A stretch of DNA of 64,000 bases, from the NCBI GenBank assembly GCA_002256025.1, contig NKIB01006075.1, positions 62,001 through 126,000 of the forward strand, in the 5' to 3' direction. The DNA is from Asterionella formosa (Eukaryota). The notes under the pieces were generated by a model. The model searched no databases. It had not been told where the DNA came from and saw nothing but the letters and a program-made list of their open reading frames with translations. Positions 1-12,779 of the stretch are shown here, piece after piece. Within the stretch, counting starts at the first letter, position 1. The number at the start of each line of letters is the position of its first letter. A program made the translations under genes and the position numbers.

Positions 1-1500
1 GAACATTAGATAAAGAAATTGCTATACTTAATACTTTTAATTCCACCAGTACATGCAATAAGACTAGTGTACAAGAAGAACGGAAATCACCAAACTGGAG
101 AAGAACAACTAGAGATGGAGGTTACGGAAAGAAGCAGCAACTACTACTATATGAGTATTGCTACAGAAGGAGGGAATAAAGGGATCTGAATGTTCGACAG
201 AAGTGGATACTGATTCATTGTACCAATTCGAAGACTTGGGACTGAGAATAAACATCCAGTGAGACAAGAACTCATCATTCGAGCTTGTCCCCCTGAAATC
301 ACCAATACCTATAGCAATAGCAACAGCAACATCCATCAACAAGCAAAGACATATTTGGACTCCACTGAATCCAAGATAATGTGCCCATTTGAATTCACCC
401 TGCCTTCAATCAACAACCAAATCTAAATCCTTAGTATGCAAATTAATGTCGCCAGCTCTGGATAGTAGCTACCCCCACCAATTGATTCTGAATCTCAAGC
501 ACCAACTAAAAAGCCAAGAAGACGACATCAGCCCTCCATCCCCACAAGTGTACAATCCACAACAGAAGTGCCAATACATTGCTCACTTACTCTAAAACCA
601 TGAAAACAAGACCTGGGAATGATGTTGCACCATCACCTTCAAGCGATTAACAAACCAAAAACTCACACTGACCACACATGCATACATTGTCTCCAATTGA
701 AACTGCAATTTTCGAAAACACGGCTGCAATGCATATCCAGTCAAATGAGAATAAATTCCAAAGATTAGAAGCATGGATTTATGAAAGAATCTAGATTGGA
801 GGACTACAAATTGCATGGAAATCAGGAAGAGCGAATTTGGATTCATTCCAAAGAAAAGTTTCCTTTGAAGTGGTTCAGCATGGGAAACTATCTTGATTTT
901 GAGGAAAAGGAGACACTATTGCAGTCAATGGGAAGGAAGAGAAATGGGAGTACTTGTTGACATCGAAATGATACTGTTAACTTGCATGAGAGGGAATCGA
1001 TCATTCTTGGGGTTGCGCGAAAATTTTCTACCATTGGGTTGCTCTGATGAGGAAGAAAAGGAATGAGAACCTCAGGACTGCTGTGGTGCAAGAGAGGATC
1101 ATGGTGTCAAGAGACAAAAGTGTTAACGGCAAAAAGAATTTTGAAGGCAAGCAAGACAATACATACGTGCATACTTCAAGATTTGGAAAGATCTTGTTGA
1201 CAAGCAAATGACAACATGACAGGATGGATGCCAAAGTTGACACAACAACCCATGAAGCGAACCCCATCAGCATTGAGAAGCTTTCAAAGCCAATGATTCA
1301 AAACTCACCACTGTGTCCTTGATTTTGATAAAACCTTCTGCAAGGTAACCTGTGTTTATGATCTAATGTAGTAGCGAACAACAAAACAAGAAAGCAAACA
1401 AGAAACAAGCAGCAAAATCAATAAACATGACCAACAATACCAGATCAATGTTACATTTCTTTTGCAGGGAAATGAGAGGTGTGCAATATGTATACCTTGT
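1..1500. other. Decayed, CpG-poor, probably TE-derived sequence; family not assignable
   Basis: Short protein-like frames broken by many TGA/TAA stops, few CG dinucleotides, no recognisable domain. Confidence 0.25.
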
Positions 1501-2487
1501 TAAAGTGAGCTCATCTACGTAGTTATGACTTGGATTCAAACGAGTCAAATGATTTGAATAAGTAAACTTTGATGTACCAAGCTCTCGTCAACCACACATT
1601 TTACGTTGTTACTCCGTCTATAATGAGCCGGACGATATAAGCTATTTCGGAAGAGCGATAGTTTGAAAATGAATGATAATGGTTAAAAACCTATGATCAT
1701 AAAGTGTGAGATAGACATGGGTCTATCTATGATTGCATGCTTCTCGAAATGCAAACAGCATTTGGAGAATAGTTTGTTTGTTTGTTCAAACAGAACAACC
1801 TAAACTAGCTTGATTAGTAAACTCACAATAAGAATATAGAAACGGAAAGAGAAATGAACGTCGCTTTCTATAGTCTTCTTTGTCTAACAATATAGATCTA
1901 TCTAAAAGGTAATACTTTAACATACCTAGCTAGTAGATCAAAAGAATTTGCATCAATTTTTGTGTGTGTCACAATTTTTTACTCTTAATTATTAAATGCA
2001 AAAGAAAATCTATACTGAGGCCTATGTATCCTATGTACTATTTAGATCTTCAGGTTGCAACCAGCCATACATACGTCGATTACGTTCCAATGTCTGTGCG
2101 TTGTCCGCGGCCATCCTCATAGCCACCAATGAAACCACCATTTTCATTTTGTTGGCTGGCTGATGATAGTGATCGAAACAGCACCTGGTACCAGATCGTC
2201 CCAGCACAAAAATGTGCTGAAGCAATATAATATTATCGATGCTGCTAGCCTATTTCCCCTTGAAATAGTCATAATTCATCGAGGTATTGGTGTAAATATA
2301 ACACAAATATAGGTAATATAAGTACTTGCACATACCGGTAGTATGCTAGATAGAATACGTAGTAGTGGGTGGTACCTGGTGCCAGGTACTAACTGGTAAC
2401 AAAGGTATTGTACAGTAATAGTTCAGGACTGTCACAACAAGAAAGAACAAAACGCCAACAAGGAATCCAACCACCCAACTGTTCAAC

Positions 2488-4110
2488 ATGGTGAAGAAAA
2501 AGGGAAAGTCCAAGCGTGTGACGCTCAAAGACAAGTACAAGATGCAACGTCGAGTGATTGAAACGGGTCGGAAGCGCAAGAAGCAAGTGAAGCGTGATGC
2601 CAAGGATGGAGTGGTCAAGCATGACAAGACCAAGAAGGACCCTGGTATTCCCAATTCTTGGCCCTTTAAACAGGAGCTCTTGAAGGATATTCAGAAAACG
2701 CGGGAACGCGAGCAAGAACAAGAAAACGAGATCAAAGAGAAGCGCAAGGAGGCACTGCGAGCGCTGAAGGAACACCAAGCCAGCGGAGGAACCGCAAGAA
2801 CCATTCAGCAGCTCATGGAACAAGCCAACAAGAGTCGAGCGGACTTTGAAGCAAAGGAATCTGGCGTTGAGGAAGAAGAAGGCACAGAGAAGAGTGAGGG
2901 ATTCAACGATCCAGGACAATCCTCGCGACGAGCTTATCTTCGAGAGCTCAAAAAGGTGATTGACAATTCTGACGTGCTGCTACAAGTATTAGATGCTCGT
3001 GATCCCTTAGGATCGAGAATTAATCCTTCTATTGAGAATGCCATCAAATCACGCTCAGATAAAAAGATGGTTTTGGTTCTCAACAAAATTGATCTTGTCC
3101 CCAAAGAAGTTGTCGGAGAGTGGCTCACTTACCTCAGGCGATCCACACCAGCGATCGCCATCAAAGCGTCTACTGAGAAGAGTATCGCCCAAGGAACTAC
3201 CCAGTCGCTTGACGACATGAATAACACACCTGTTGGAATGGAAGGACTGCTTCAACTATTAAAGAACTACGCTAGGACTGGAGGTACTGGAGGCAAGTCC
3301 AAAACGACCATTGTGGTTGGAATCATTGGATACCCAAATGTTGGGAAATCTTCCATTATCAATGCACTGAAGCGAACCAGAGCCGTCGGTGTATCTCCCA
3401 GACCTGGATTTACCACGTCCATGCAAGAAGTCGTATTGGACCGAAATGTGCGTCTTTTGGACAGCCCTGGAGTCGTATTCAACGATAATTCTGCCATGCT
3501 CGGAAATTGTGTCGATGCTGACTCCGTCGAAGATCCTATTCCAGCTGTGGAAGCATTGCTTGTCAGATGCAATCCAGCCAGTTTGGTCATGACTTACAAC
3601 ATTCCTGCCTTTCCTCCTGGTAATGTTATGATGTTTTTGGCAATGGTGGCCCGGAGTTATGGCCGAGTCTTGAAGGGAGGTATTCCTGACAAGGTCGCTG
3701 CGGCAAGAGCAGTCTTGAGGGACTGGAATTCTGGAAAGATCCCATACTATACACCTGCTCCTAAGAATGTTCCACTAACAACACACAATGACGCGTTGAT
3801 TGTCTCACAGTTTACAAAGGCCTTTGACATTACCAAGTACGATGAAGAGTTGATGAAATCTCTGAAGAACAGTGATGAGATGGACTTTGTAGAGTTAGAT
3901 CCGGAGGTAGAAGTGGAAGGTGAAGAGGAAATGACAGAAAGAACACAAGAAGTCATTGACTTTTTGAATGGAAAGTCTGCTGATGACGAAGAAGACGAGG
4001 ACGATGATGATATGGAGGAAGACGATAGTGATCATGAGGATGCCAAGGCTCCACACATGGCGCGAAAGGCACTCGCCGCTGCTGAGGATTATGATTTTGA
4101 TGACATGTAA
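2488..4110 (+). CDS. GNL3: Nucleolar circularly permuted GTPase (GNL3/nucleostemin/Nug1 family), 540 aa
   Basis: Basic N-terminus with KDPGIPNSWPFK; DARDP, NKID, GYPNVGKSS and DSPG in permuted order; DWNSGKIPYY; acidic tail. Confidence 0.93.
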   Translation: MVKKKGKSKRVTLKDKYKMQRRVIETGRKRKKQVKRDAKDGVVKHDKTKKDPGIPNSWPFKQELLKDIQKTREREQEQENEIKEKRKEALRALKEHQASGGTARTIQQLMEQANKSRADFEAKESGVEEEEGTEKSEGFNDPGQSSRRAYLRELKKVIDNSDVLLQVLDARDPLGSRINPSIENAIKSRSDKKMVLVLNKIDLVPKEVVGEWLTYLRRSTPAIAIKASTEKSIAQGTTQSLDDMNNTPVGMEGLLQLLKNYARTGGTGGKSKTTIVVGIIGYPNVGKSSIINALKRTRAVGVSPRPGFTTSMQEVVLDRNVRLLDSPGVVFNDNSAMLGNCVDADSVEDPIPAVEALLVRCNPASLVMTYNIPAFPPGNVMMFLAMVARSYGRVLKGGIPDKVAAARAVLRDWNSGKIPYYTPAPKNVPLTTHNDALIVSQFTKAFDITKYDEELMKSLKNSDEMDFVELDPEVEVEGEEEMTERTQEVIDFLNGKSADDEEDEDDDDMEEDDSDHEDAKAPHMARKALAAAEDYDFDDM

Positions 4111-4673
4111 TCATTAGGTCTAACATTAGTTGTTGAAACAGGGTGTGGTTTGTAGATTGTTAACATGCAGTGAATTTGACCGGCAAGTCTATTGCTACTT
4201 TACCCAGACCGACCCGAAACGACTTGTTGTCCTTGCCCTTTATTACTTTATTGCCCATCCCGTCCAGTTGGTATCATCAATATCAACCGCGGTATAGCAT
4301 ATGTGTCCTTGATCAAAATATTGGCTCGTCAAGTACGCGCGAAACAAGGAACATTCCACCACAAGACTATTTCGCATAGTTGATACTCCTGCAGTTTTTC
4401 TAGTAATGCATAGTCATTATAACTGACAAATGAACTAAGTAGTGCGCTAAAGCGAAATAAAACTGTGATCATGTTTTCAATTCTTGACTTAATGTGGAAA
4501 TATTTTAAATCTTGAGTCAAGCCAAAACCAGTACACGTGCACCATACCGCGTGATCCTTCCTTTATGCAGTCTGTAAAATCGAGAAGAGTGAGCAAAAAC
4601 ATCAGGACGTGATCAAGAAATTCAATGAAAACTGACTCCCATGATGCTTCGCTGAAGCAAAACGATGAGATGA

Positions 4674-5700
4674 TCATTCCCCTTTATTTCCGGACTTGGT
4701 GTTGCTCACCTGAAAGGTTTCCACTGGTTGCTTAAAGTTGATGACTCTCGCAAACTTCTCTACCGACAAGGATGCCCCGCCCACAAGTGCACCATCAATA
4801 TCTTGTTGAGCCAACAGATCGTCCACAGATTCAGGACTGACACTTCCTCCATACAAGATTCGAGTGTCGTTGGCAATGGTTTCTCCATACATGCGCACTA
4901 GGACACCACGGCACATGGCATGGACCTTTTGAGCAATCTGAGGCGTTGCCACTTTTCCAGTCCCAATCGCCCAGACTGGTTCATAGGCGATTGTAACCTT
5001 GGCCATGTCTTGCGGACTGATACCTGACAAGCCCTTCTTCAGTTGAATTTCACAAACAGCATTTACCAAGTCCTCTTCAAATTCTGCCAAAGTCTCACCA
5101 ATACAAAGAATAACATTCATTCCCTCCTTGAGCATAGTTTTGCACTGAGCGTTGATATACTCATTGCTCTCCTTGTTAATCGTTCGACGTTCCGAATGAC
5201 CAGCCAAGGCCCAGGTGACGCCAATGGATTTCAACATGGGTGGCGATATTTCTCCTGTGAAAGCTCCATTCACCTCTGGATTGACAAACTAAGTTAAGGG
5301 TAAAGTAGGTGCAGAATGAACATTTTACAAAACAGGAAATGTGGTTTAGGCCTGGACGGACTGGCAGCATATATGAGTAATGTGTGAAACTTACCTCGGC
5401 TCCTACAAGGAGCTTTCCATTCACAGCTTGTTGGGCCGCTTCAATAAACGGATACGGAACAAAGAGGGCAACATCACATGGCGAATCGGAAGTGATGGCA
5501 TTAGCAATTCCAGTGGCCAACTCTACCGCTTCTTGGCGTGTCGATGGGTTCAGTTTCCAGTTTCCAGTGATGAATGGTTTCCGTGCCATGAATAGTCTAC
5601 CGGTAGTCATTGAAATTGGCGATGACGGATGCTGCGGCATAAACGCCGAGGCACCAGCACAAGAGAGGGCTACCAGGACTACTGTAGCTGCGATCTTCAT
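4674..5700 (-). CDS. TPI: Plastid-targeted triosephosphate isomerase, 2 exons (5700-5395, 5288-4674), 306 aa
   Basis: Signal peptide ending ASA-F; GNWK, GHSERR, AYEPVWAIGTG, LYGGSV, LVGGASL; 106-bp GT-AG intron 5394-5289 restores the frame. Confidence 0.95.
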
Positions 5701-7321
5701 TGCAATACAATTCCTTGACTTTTTTCTCGTGAGAATGTTCTGTTTTTGTGTTGGATTGAATGGAATACCACCGCGAGGATCAGGTTTGTGTTTTGTGATT
5801 TCCATACATATTTCATATAAAATATTAACATATTTCTGACGTATTCTTTTATCCAATAGATACATGACGACTGATGAGGATGGGAAGTGACGAAGCAGTG
5901 AAACATCGCTATTGACTCGGAACACACACGTACTTGTAGGTCGAATTATTTAGACTGAGGATGCGCAAAGCGGAGAACAAAAATCGCGACCAGTACATGC
6001 ATACACCTTAAAAATACCTACCGGTACATTATACATACAGTACATATAAAAGATTATAGAAAAGGACATGGCATCCTCAGAGCGACCCATCGCCAAGTAC
6101 GACTCACTCGACTTGTACAACATGCACCACGCACATGGTCTGTATAATCCTCCACGGAACTACCAGCTGCCAATTTTTTTCTAGTACCAACAGTTGCAGA
6201 AATTTTGCACCTTGTGTGTCCACAATACTGATTCCAATTCAAAATTTTGCTACATCTGTATATATTTGACATTCCTATTATCCGCCACCCCACCACTTGC
6301 TTGCTCTTCCAAAGTTAATTTGGCTTCAATCTGATTTAGCCAAAGCTATTGAAACCAAATTTATTGTGGAGTTTTCCTTCCCTCAAGCATGTGGCACCAT
6401 TTCTTGCTTGCTTAAACTAGCTATGCATTAATAACCTTCGCTTATACTAGCAATTTATTTATTGTGTTATGACATCACCATTTCAAACCAGCTGCCACCT
6501 CACCCACCTAATATAATGATACTACCAGCATACATGAGAAGGATGAAATTAAAAGTTATTGATCATACTTAAAAATTGTTTGATCTAAGGTTTAAAAATC
6601 TATCTGATCAAACAAATATTCTTATGTATTGAGCTGAACATTTATCTTGTTAAATCAATAGAGTAATAATGAGCTCCATCCTGAGCTTAAACAATATCAC
6701 CAATCAAGCAGAATAATTTATCTGCTGGTCATTGGGAAAAATGTCTTTGATCATTTACTGAAATATGTTTGGTCACACATAATGAAGGTTGTATACATCT
6801 ATGTATGTATTCTTAATGCATTATGCTGTTCATGTTGCATCATGCAGCATGCAATGGGAACCCAGCCATGGCTACAGTTTTGCTGAGTCTGATGCACAGC
6901 ATGTTTGAGACACGAAAAATGGTTACCGGTAATTGCTTTGCCATATGTGAGATATACCGGTATTTGTGAAATGTCTCTCTTTAAAGATTTGATTTTTAAA
7001 AATACAAATAAATTAATTCATTGGTAAAATTAAAGAGTGCACTTAAAAAATACCCTATTTTTATCTTGTACCGGTATACCGTTACTATATCATGAGGATG
7101 CATGATTCCAACGGCACGATATATACTAGTAGGTCGAGTACCTACCGGTATAACAAAACCAGGCACCATCAGATTACATGTCTAGCAACAAACCTACCGA
7201 CAGTACAGCAATATGTATACTCGTATGTAATCCCTTTTACGTCATTGGACGTCCTCCGTTTGTTCATCCAAAAACAGTCGCCTGCAACAGCACCTTGATT
7301 ACTACTCCCCCCGCACCAAGC

Positions 7322-7702
7322 ATGACATATCGATCAAGAGGCCGTTCTATTACAGAAGTCATCATTGCCGTCACGTTTGTTGGTTTTCTTACTGGCTTTG
7401 TTGTGGTATTATGCGTGGGCAACTTTTATCGAGCCAAGAATGCCATGGAACGTCAAAAACAACGACGACTGGCTAGACTCGCTGGAGTAAATGGATTGGT
7501 GGAAAGTCCAAGGTCACACACATCGTCATCTAATAGTGAGCAATCATCTCTTTTGTCAAGACAAACACCAGCTCCTTCAACCCAACATTCCACCATGAGT
7601 TCACGCGGAAGCCGGCAACAACGACAGCAACACGGTGCCGTATCTGGGACTGTACTGTTTGATGTCGAAGAGCATCATGTTAAGCAAGTCATGAGTGTAT
7701 GA
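7322..7702 (+). CDS. Small single-pass membrane protein of unknown function (~126 aa)
   Basis: ATG 7322; one hydrophobic helix (VIIAVTFVGFLTGFVVVLCVG) followed by a basic stretch and Ser-rich tail; no family recognised. Confidence 0.5.
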   Translation: MTYRSRGRSITEVIIAVTFVGFLTGFVVVLCVGNFYRAKNAMERQKQRRLARLAGVNGLVESPRSHTSSSNSEQSSLLSRQTPAPSTQHSTMSSRGSRQQRQQHGAVSGTVLFDVEEHHVKQVMSV

Positions 7703-8458
7703 TGTGTACAGTGTTTTTTCTTTGCATCTTTAGTAAGATTTCAAGGCACTGAACCAAGGTGGTGCGTCGTAGTGCTGATTCCATGTGTAGCAGGAATCCG
7801 CCTAGCCTGAATTGCTCCTCTGGTGGCTGTTGGATATATTCATAATTCTATCCTTGTGCATCTTTTACACAAAGTGTCATTGCTGATTATAATTTCTTGA
7901 GGATAGAAATAGAACTGAATTCAGAAGGAGATTGTGCTACAAAGTCGGTAACGTTGAAGAAAACAATTCTCGCCTGGACACAAAGGCTTTGAAATTATGT
8001 ACTTCTTCCATTCACTATTGATTTACGAGACGCGCTGCACCTATACTGCAGTTCAGGACAAAAGAGATATGAGTGAGATTGTAGTATTTGGAAATTTCTG
8101 CAGTGTTCCATTGTTCTATGTAAAGTTGGCCTAAGGAGTACATTTGTGGTGAATGGCAAGAAAAATCGTGCTACAATGGCAGTAATAGGTATAGGTAGCA
8201 TGTCAGGCCTCCTGGCTCCCTTTTGCTTAAACATGCATTTCAATCATGTTTTTCTGCTGTCATTGTTGTTCAGCATCCTTGCCATTACACATATAGCTTG
8301 AACCAGTCTTGCCTCGAGGAAGCAAATTGAACGGAAGTCCCAGATTGATATGTGCCAGATATTGTACGTAAATCGGTACCAGTAGACTACAAGGTGCTAC
8401 GGGTATACAGTTACGACATGGATCAAAGCATAGTATTACCGCTAGGTTACTCTGCAGT

Positions 8459-8620
8459 GGTACCAGGTACCTGGTACCTGGTACCGTTACACTGAGGAAT
8501 TTATATTACCCCGTACCAGGTACCTGGTACCTCGTGGTACCACATGTATGTTGTTCTCACTATCTTCCTGTATATATATCATTACTGGTACCAGGGTTTG
8601 TACCTGGTACCTGGTACCAT
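8459..8620. repeat. Arrays of the 7-bp unit GGTACCW (overlapping TACCWGGTA palindromes)
   Basis: TACCWGGTA at 8461, 8468, 8475, 8514, 8521, 8601, 8608. Confidence 0.9.
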
Positions 8621-8845
8621 GGATATGATCAGCACAGTTTACATAGATAGGATCAGGTTTGCTTGGAAGGGACATAGCGATCAACTCCCGCCGTTGTTTT
8701 ATTACACTTTTGACCAACCTCGCGGCTCCTCAGGCTCATTCAAGAGTAGTTGCTGCCTTAGTTCTATTGCATTACTTCTAAAGTGGAAACCAGATTCAGA
8801 ACATCGGTTGTAACAAACGAACGGAACAAAGCGAAACAATCAAAA

Positions 8846-9241
8846 ATGGGATTCTCATTATGGAACCTCTTTAAGGTACACACATGCTACTACATTCATG
8901 AACTGTTATTGTTTTTGAAATCGCATTTTGTATCGTCACTTTTGTTCTACCGAATGACTCATCTCGACTCTTTCCTTTTGTTCTCTCTTTCGATTTTCAT
9001 GCATAAATATATTTACAAATAGGCCGGCCTCCTCTTGGTAAATTCTGTAATGATTTTGAATCGACGACGATTTTTGGCCAACTATGGATTAGACAACCCC
9101 AACAATGCTAATTATGGCGATCCAAGTTCACTGAAAGTTCAAGCAATTGGTCTCTTACAAGCTGTCCAATATCTAAAAGTTCCAGTCATTGTTTGCAATG
9201 CTATTACGATTATCTTTGAATTGATTTTGGGAGGAGCGTAA
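8846..9241 (+). CDS. YOS1: Yos1/IER3IP1 family ER-Golgi membrane protein, 2 exons (8846-8875, 9023-9241), 82 aa
   Basis: MGFSLWNLFK spliced to AGLLLVNSVMILNRRRFLA...LLQAVQYLKVPVIVCNAITIIFELILGG; 147-bp GT-AG intron 8876-9022. Confidence 0.88.
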
Positions 9242-9829
9242 CGTTTGTTGTTGGTTGATGGAGTTGTACTACTGTGGGAGAATGGGACCTAGTGTACGAG
9301 TCAAGTGGAAACAGACTGAGACTTTATGGTGCATGCTTGTTTCTTCCCCAATATATATATATCATAGGAATACTACGAAATCCGATATTGTAGAAACTCA
9401 CATGAGGTGTGCTGAGGAACATGAAATTGTAGCTGACTATGATCAACTGTTTTATATAGGTAAGGTGCCACTAAAGGCTGAACTACTGTGTATCATGCAA
9501 TTCTTTAGACTGCCATACCATATGATGGATATGGTTCCTATCTCTTTTTTACAACATGCACCGCATTTCATAATACTGGTACCAGGTAGCTGAGAAAAAG
9601 GGTGCTGGTCAACAAAAAGGGGGCATTGGATTCAAATTGTTGCATAGCAGTGGCTTACAGTGCATATTCCACTATCTGTATATGGATGTATTTTCCCCCC
9701 AAACCATGTTTATTTTTACTCCATTTATACTGCAAAAAATTCTTTTCTTATTACTTTAGGTTTTAAACTTTTCCAGGGCAGTATCATCATCAGAGAATTC
9801 TTCTGATGAATTATACAAATCACGAGCTT

Positions 9830-10480
9830 CTCATTCAATTCTTACTTGCGGAGTCTCAAACTTCATCATGGAATGGTGATCAGCAATAGCAGTCATAGCA
9901 GGAGAAAGAACAGCAACAGGAGGAGGTGCAACAACAATGACCAAAGCAGGAGGAGGTGTATGGAGTGGGAATGGTGGCTGTTGGTCACCACATTGATTGG
10001 AGTTGTCAAATATTGTAATTAGAGCTTGCCTTGTTAATGGAACCAGCAAATCACCAGATCATTTGTGCCAACGCACCATTAATTTGAATTTTGCCAAAGA
10101 ACTTTGTTCTATTCCTTTGATGTAAGTACTTTTCTGCAAAGTGTATTGAATTCTTGTTGCCTTGTTGTTTCTGTTGCACTAATGACAATGTATGAAATTA
10201 GCTTCCGTTCCAGTGTAGCAGCAAGAATATTAGGTCCAAGGGCAAAGGTTTGTGCAGAGGCCAGTAGTTCTGGTGTTATCCTCTTGTATGTCCCTCAATG
10301 TGGGCATATGCTGTTGCTCTTTCTCTTTCTATCTTGGGCCTCCCAGTCGATGCCATTTTGCACATCCTCACATTTGCAAAACTTGTTAATTCTTCCAACA
10401 ATTGTTCCAGCAAAGCCAGTACAGAAGTTTAACCCATAAGGAGGGAGAGGTGGCAGTGGCTTTTCTGTGGGAGCATTGCC
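9830..10480 (-). mobile_element. Decayed C-terminal part of a probable pogo/Tc1-mariner-type transposase
   Basis: Broken minus-strand frames LNFCTGFAGTIVGRI...RKRK...KRITPELLASAQTFALGPNIL and MVRWHK*SGD...GDQQPP resemble, from memory, tails of diatom DDE_1 transposases; CpG-poor; catalytic core not seen. Confidence 0.4.
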
Positions 10481-10880
10481 TTAGGTGTTTATTTTGCATG
10501 TACCTGTACATATATACCGCTTATTACAAGTTGTAAATACGGTATGTGCCCATCGTACCACCTTCGGTTACGACAACGACGACCACCAACCATTTCACAG
10601 AGCAGGTTGTTTACCGTACATGCATAATAGATACATGTAGGTAGGAGTACCAGGTACATCTACCGATATCATACTACCGGTACTGGTTGACAATGATGGC
10701 AAACAAGGTGATCTGTTGATGATTTGTTCTACATAGCCACGCGCATGTAATACAATAACCGGTACATGCGTATCATCAAACCCTCTACACCAGTACTGAA
10801 CATTCATTTTCGTTGGCTATTGTGTTTCATAGATTCTGTTTCTGCCCAAGGAATAACAAACGTAATCAACGAAACGAACA

Positions 10881-12056
10881 ATGAACTACTCCTCCTGCTT
10901 CCATAAGCACTGCTGGCTTCTGGTGGCCATGATGATGTCGTTGGTTCCACAAGGAGCTTCCTTTCATTCGCTGCGCAATGCTGCACTGTCATCGCCGTTG
11001 CACCAACATGGACTCTGGGCAACATCAGTCGGCACAGCATCAAAAACCTCTCCAAGCGACTATTCCAGTGTTACAAATGTCACCCTCCTTGTCCCACCCT
11101 ATGCTTCCTCTTCATCGCCTCTCGCATACCCGTCTGTGTTGCATTACATTCATGTCGAATCACTCTTGACGGATGCAGAAACCCGCACCTGTTTGGATCT
11201 GGCAACGTCCCACGGCAAAGACTCGGGGCGATGGGAGCGTCCCGATTCTATCCGACATGCGACATATGCAACTTGTGATTTTGCCGTTGAGGAATGTGCC
11301 ACTATGGAACAGTATTTGCAATCTATACACTTTGATCGTCGTGTAATGACAAGACTGGAAGCACGATATGGAATTCCAGTACACGACATGAGTTATTTAG
11401 ATTTGTTTTGTGCGCACTATCAGGGTGGTGCCGCAACGAATGGTGGGATGGATCGTTTGGAAGCGCATAGAGATGGATCTATCTTGTCCTTTACTATCAC
11501 TCTAACACCCCCCGAAATGTATCAAGGTGGGGGCACCTTTTTTGATGCACTACGAGACGAACCACCTGATGGTGTCGTTTTGTGCCACAATGGAGTGATT
11601 AGACCTCCCCGGGCGGGTGATTGCGTCTTGCATTGCGGGAAAATATTGCATGGTGCAGATGTTGTGACAAGTGGAGAACGGACCGTGCTAGTTGGCTTTG
11701 TGGAAGTGGCAAGCCCGTGGCAACGTCCAGGCGTACTGGGTGAAGCATGTCGAGACTTTGGCCGAATGGATGTCGCGGCCTTGCGACACAACAAGCAAAA
11801 AATCATGACAAACAATGGGAAGCTGCGAGGATGGATATCCAGAAACAACAAGTGGCTGTCAGCTAGTGGTAGTCACCTTCGTGGATTCCTTCCTGCGTTT
11901 CATGCAACAGGAAAACGAGCAAATCCGGAGTTCCAAAGGTGTCAGAAGTTAGTGGCAGAAGATCAGTTGCTGAGGAATATATTGATGAAGGAGAAGCCAG
12001 AAAATTTTATTTCCCTCCAAGCACTTTTTGAAGGCGAAGAAATTTCAATTCTTTGA
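10881..12056 (+). CDS. 2-oxoglutarate/Fe(II) dioxygenase (prolyl-hydroxylase-like), probably plastid-targeted, 391 aa
   Basis: HxD (AHRDG), YQGGGTFF, distal His (LHGA), Arg (GERTVLVGF); N-terminal signal ending GAS-F. Confidence 0.85.
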   Translation: MNYSSCFHKHCWLLVAMMMSLVPQGASFHSLRNAALSSPLHQHGLWATSVGTASKTSPSDYSSVTNVTLLVPPYASSSSPLAYPSVLHYIHVESLLTDAETRTCLDLATSHGKDSGRWERPDSIRHATYATCDFAVEECATMEQYLQSIHFDRRVMTRLEARYGIPVHDMSYLDLFCAHYQGGAATNGGMDRLEAHRDGSILSFTITLTPPEMYQGGGTFFDALRDEPPDGVVLCHNGVIRPPRAGDCVLHCGKILHGADVVTSGERTVLVGFVEVASPWQRPGVLGEACRDFGRMDVAALRHNKQKIMTNNGKLRGWISRNNKWLSASGSHLRGFLPAFHATGKRANPEFQRCQKLVAEDQLLRNILMKEKPENFISLQALFEGEEISIL

Positions 12057-12779
12057 TGGACCTTTGACTTTTGCTATACAGTGGCCCCACATCAAGGGTG
12101 ACACTGGTACCTTCGAAGCACTGAAGGGGTTGTGACTGAGTTGAGTGCCCTCTTTTGATTTAGAATGATTTGCGCCGACATGGTTTCTGGAAGATTTCAC
12201 AGAAACAAGGAATACATGCGCCAATGGAATACTCCTTGCACATTCTCACGGTGGCATCAGCCGTGTTCTATTGTCGCCATCCGCCTGGGGTGGCAAGTTC
12301 GATCAGACTTCCAATTGACACAAACACTCAGATGGGAGGTGAAATCAAGACCGTACTAGATGTGACATGATATTATTGATAAATCACCCCTCGCACGAAG
12401 TCCACCACCATCGGGAAGGGATACATCGTAAGATACATTGTATTTAATTTATTATAATAAACCATCCATTGTACACCACATGCCAAAAAGCTAGATCGAT
12501 TCGGGATTCTTTGGATGAAAGTAATGGGGAAGAGAGAAGCAAATTACACACAAATGATTTTGACACGGTAGCACTGTGCAATAGACATAGCAGTCCTTCC
12601 TTCCTTTTCGTGAACCTTTTCCGTACAAATGAGTGCCCTTCAATCACGAAGTCAAATCGAGAGTTAATTTTCCGTAAGATCACGGAGTTTACGAAGTCAC
12701 CTGTATTGTGTCGATTGTGATGGCGGGACTGGGTGAAGCATCAGTTTATCTACATTTTGTATCGCGACGGGTTGCTGTT

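Noticed and set aside
5176..5925. 249-aa ORF as given in the track
   Set aside because: It includes 5' non-coding sequence and reads into the TPI intron; the real start is ATG 5700
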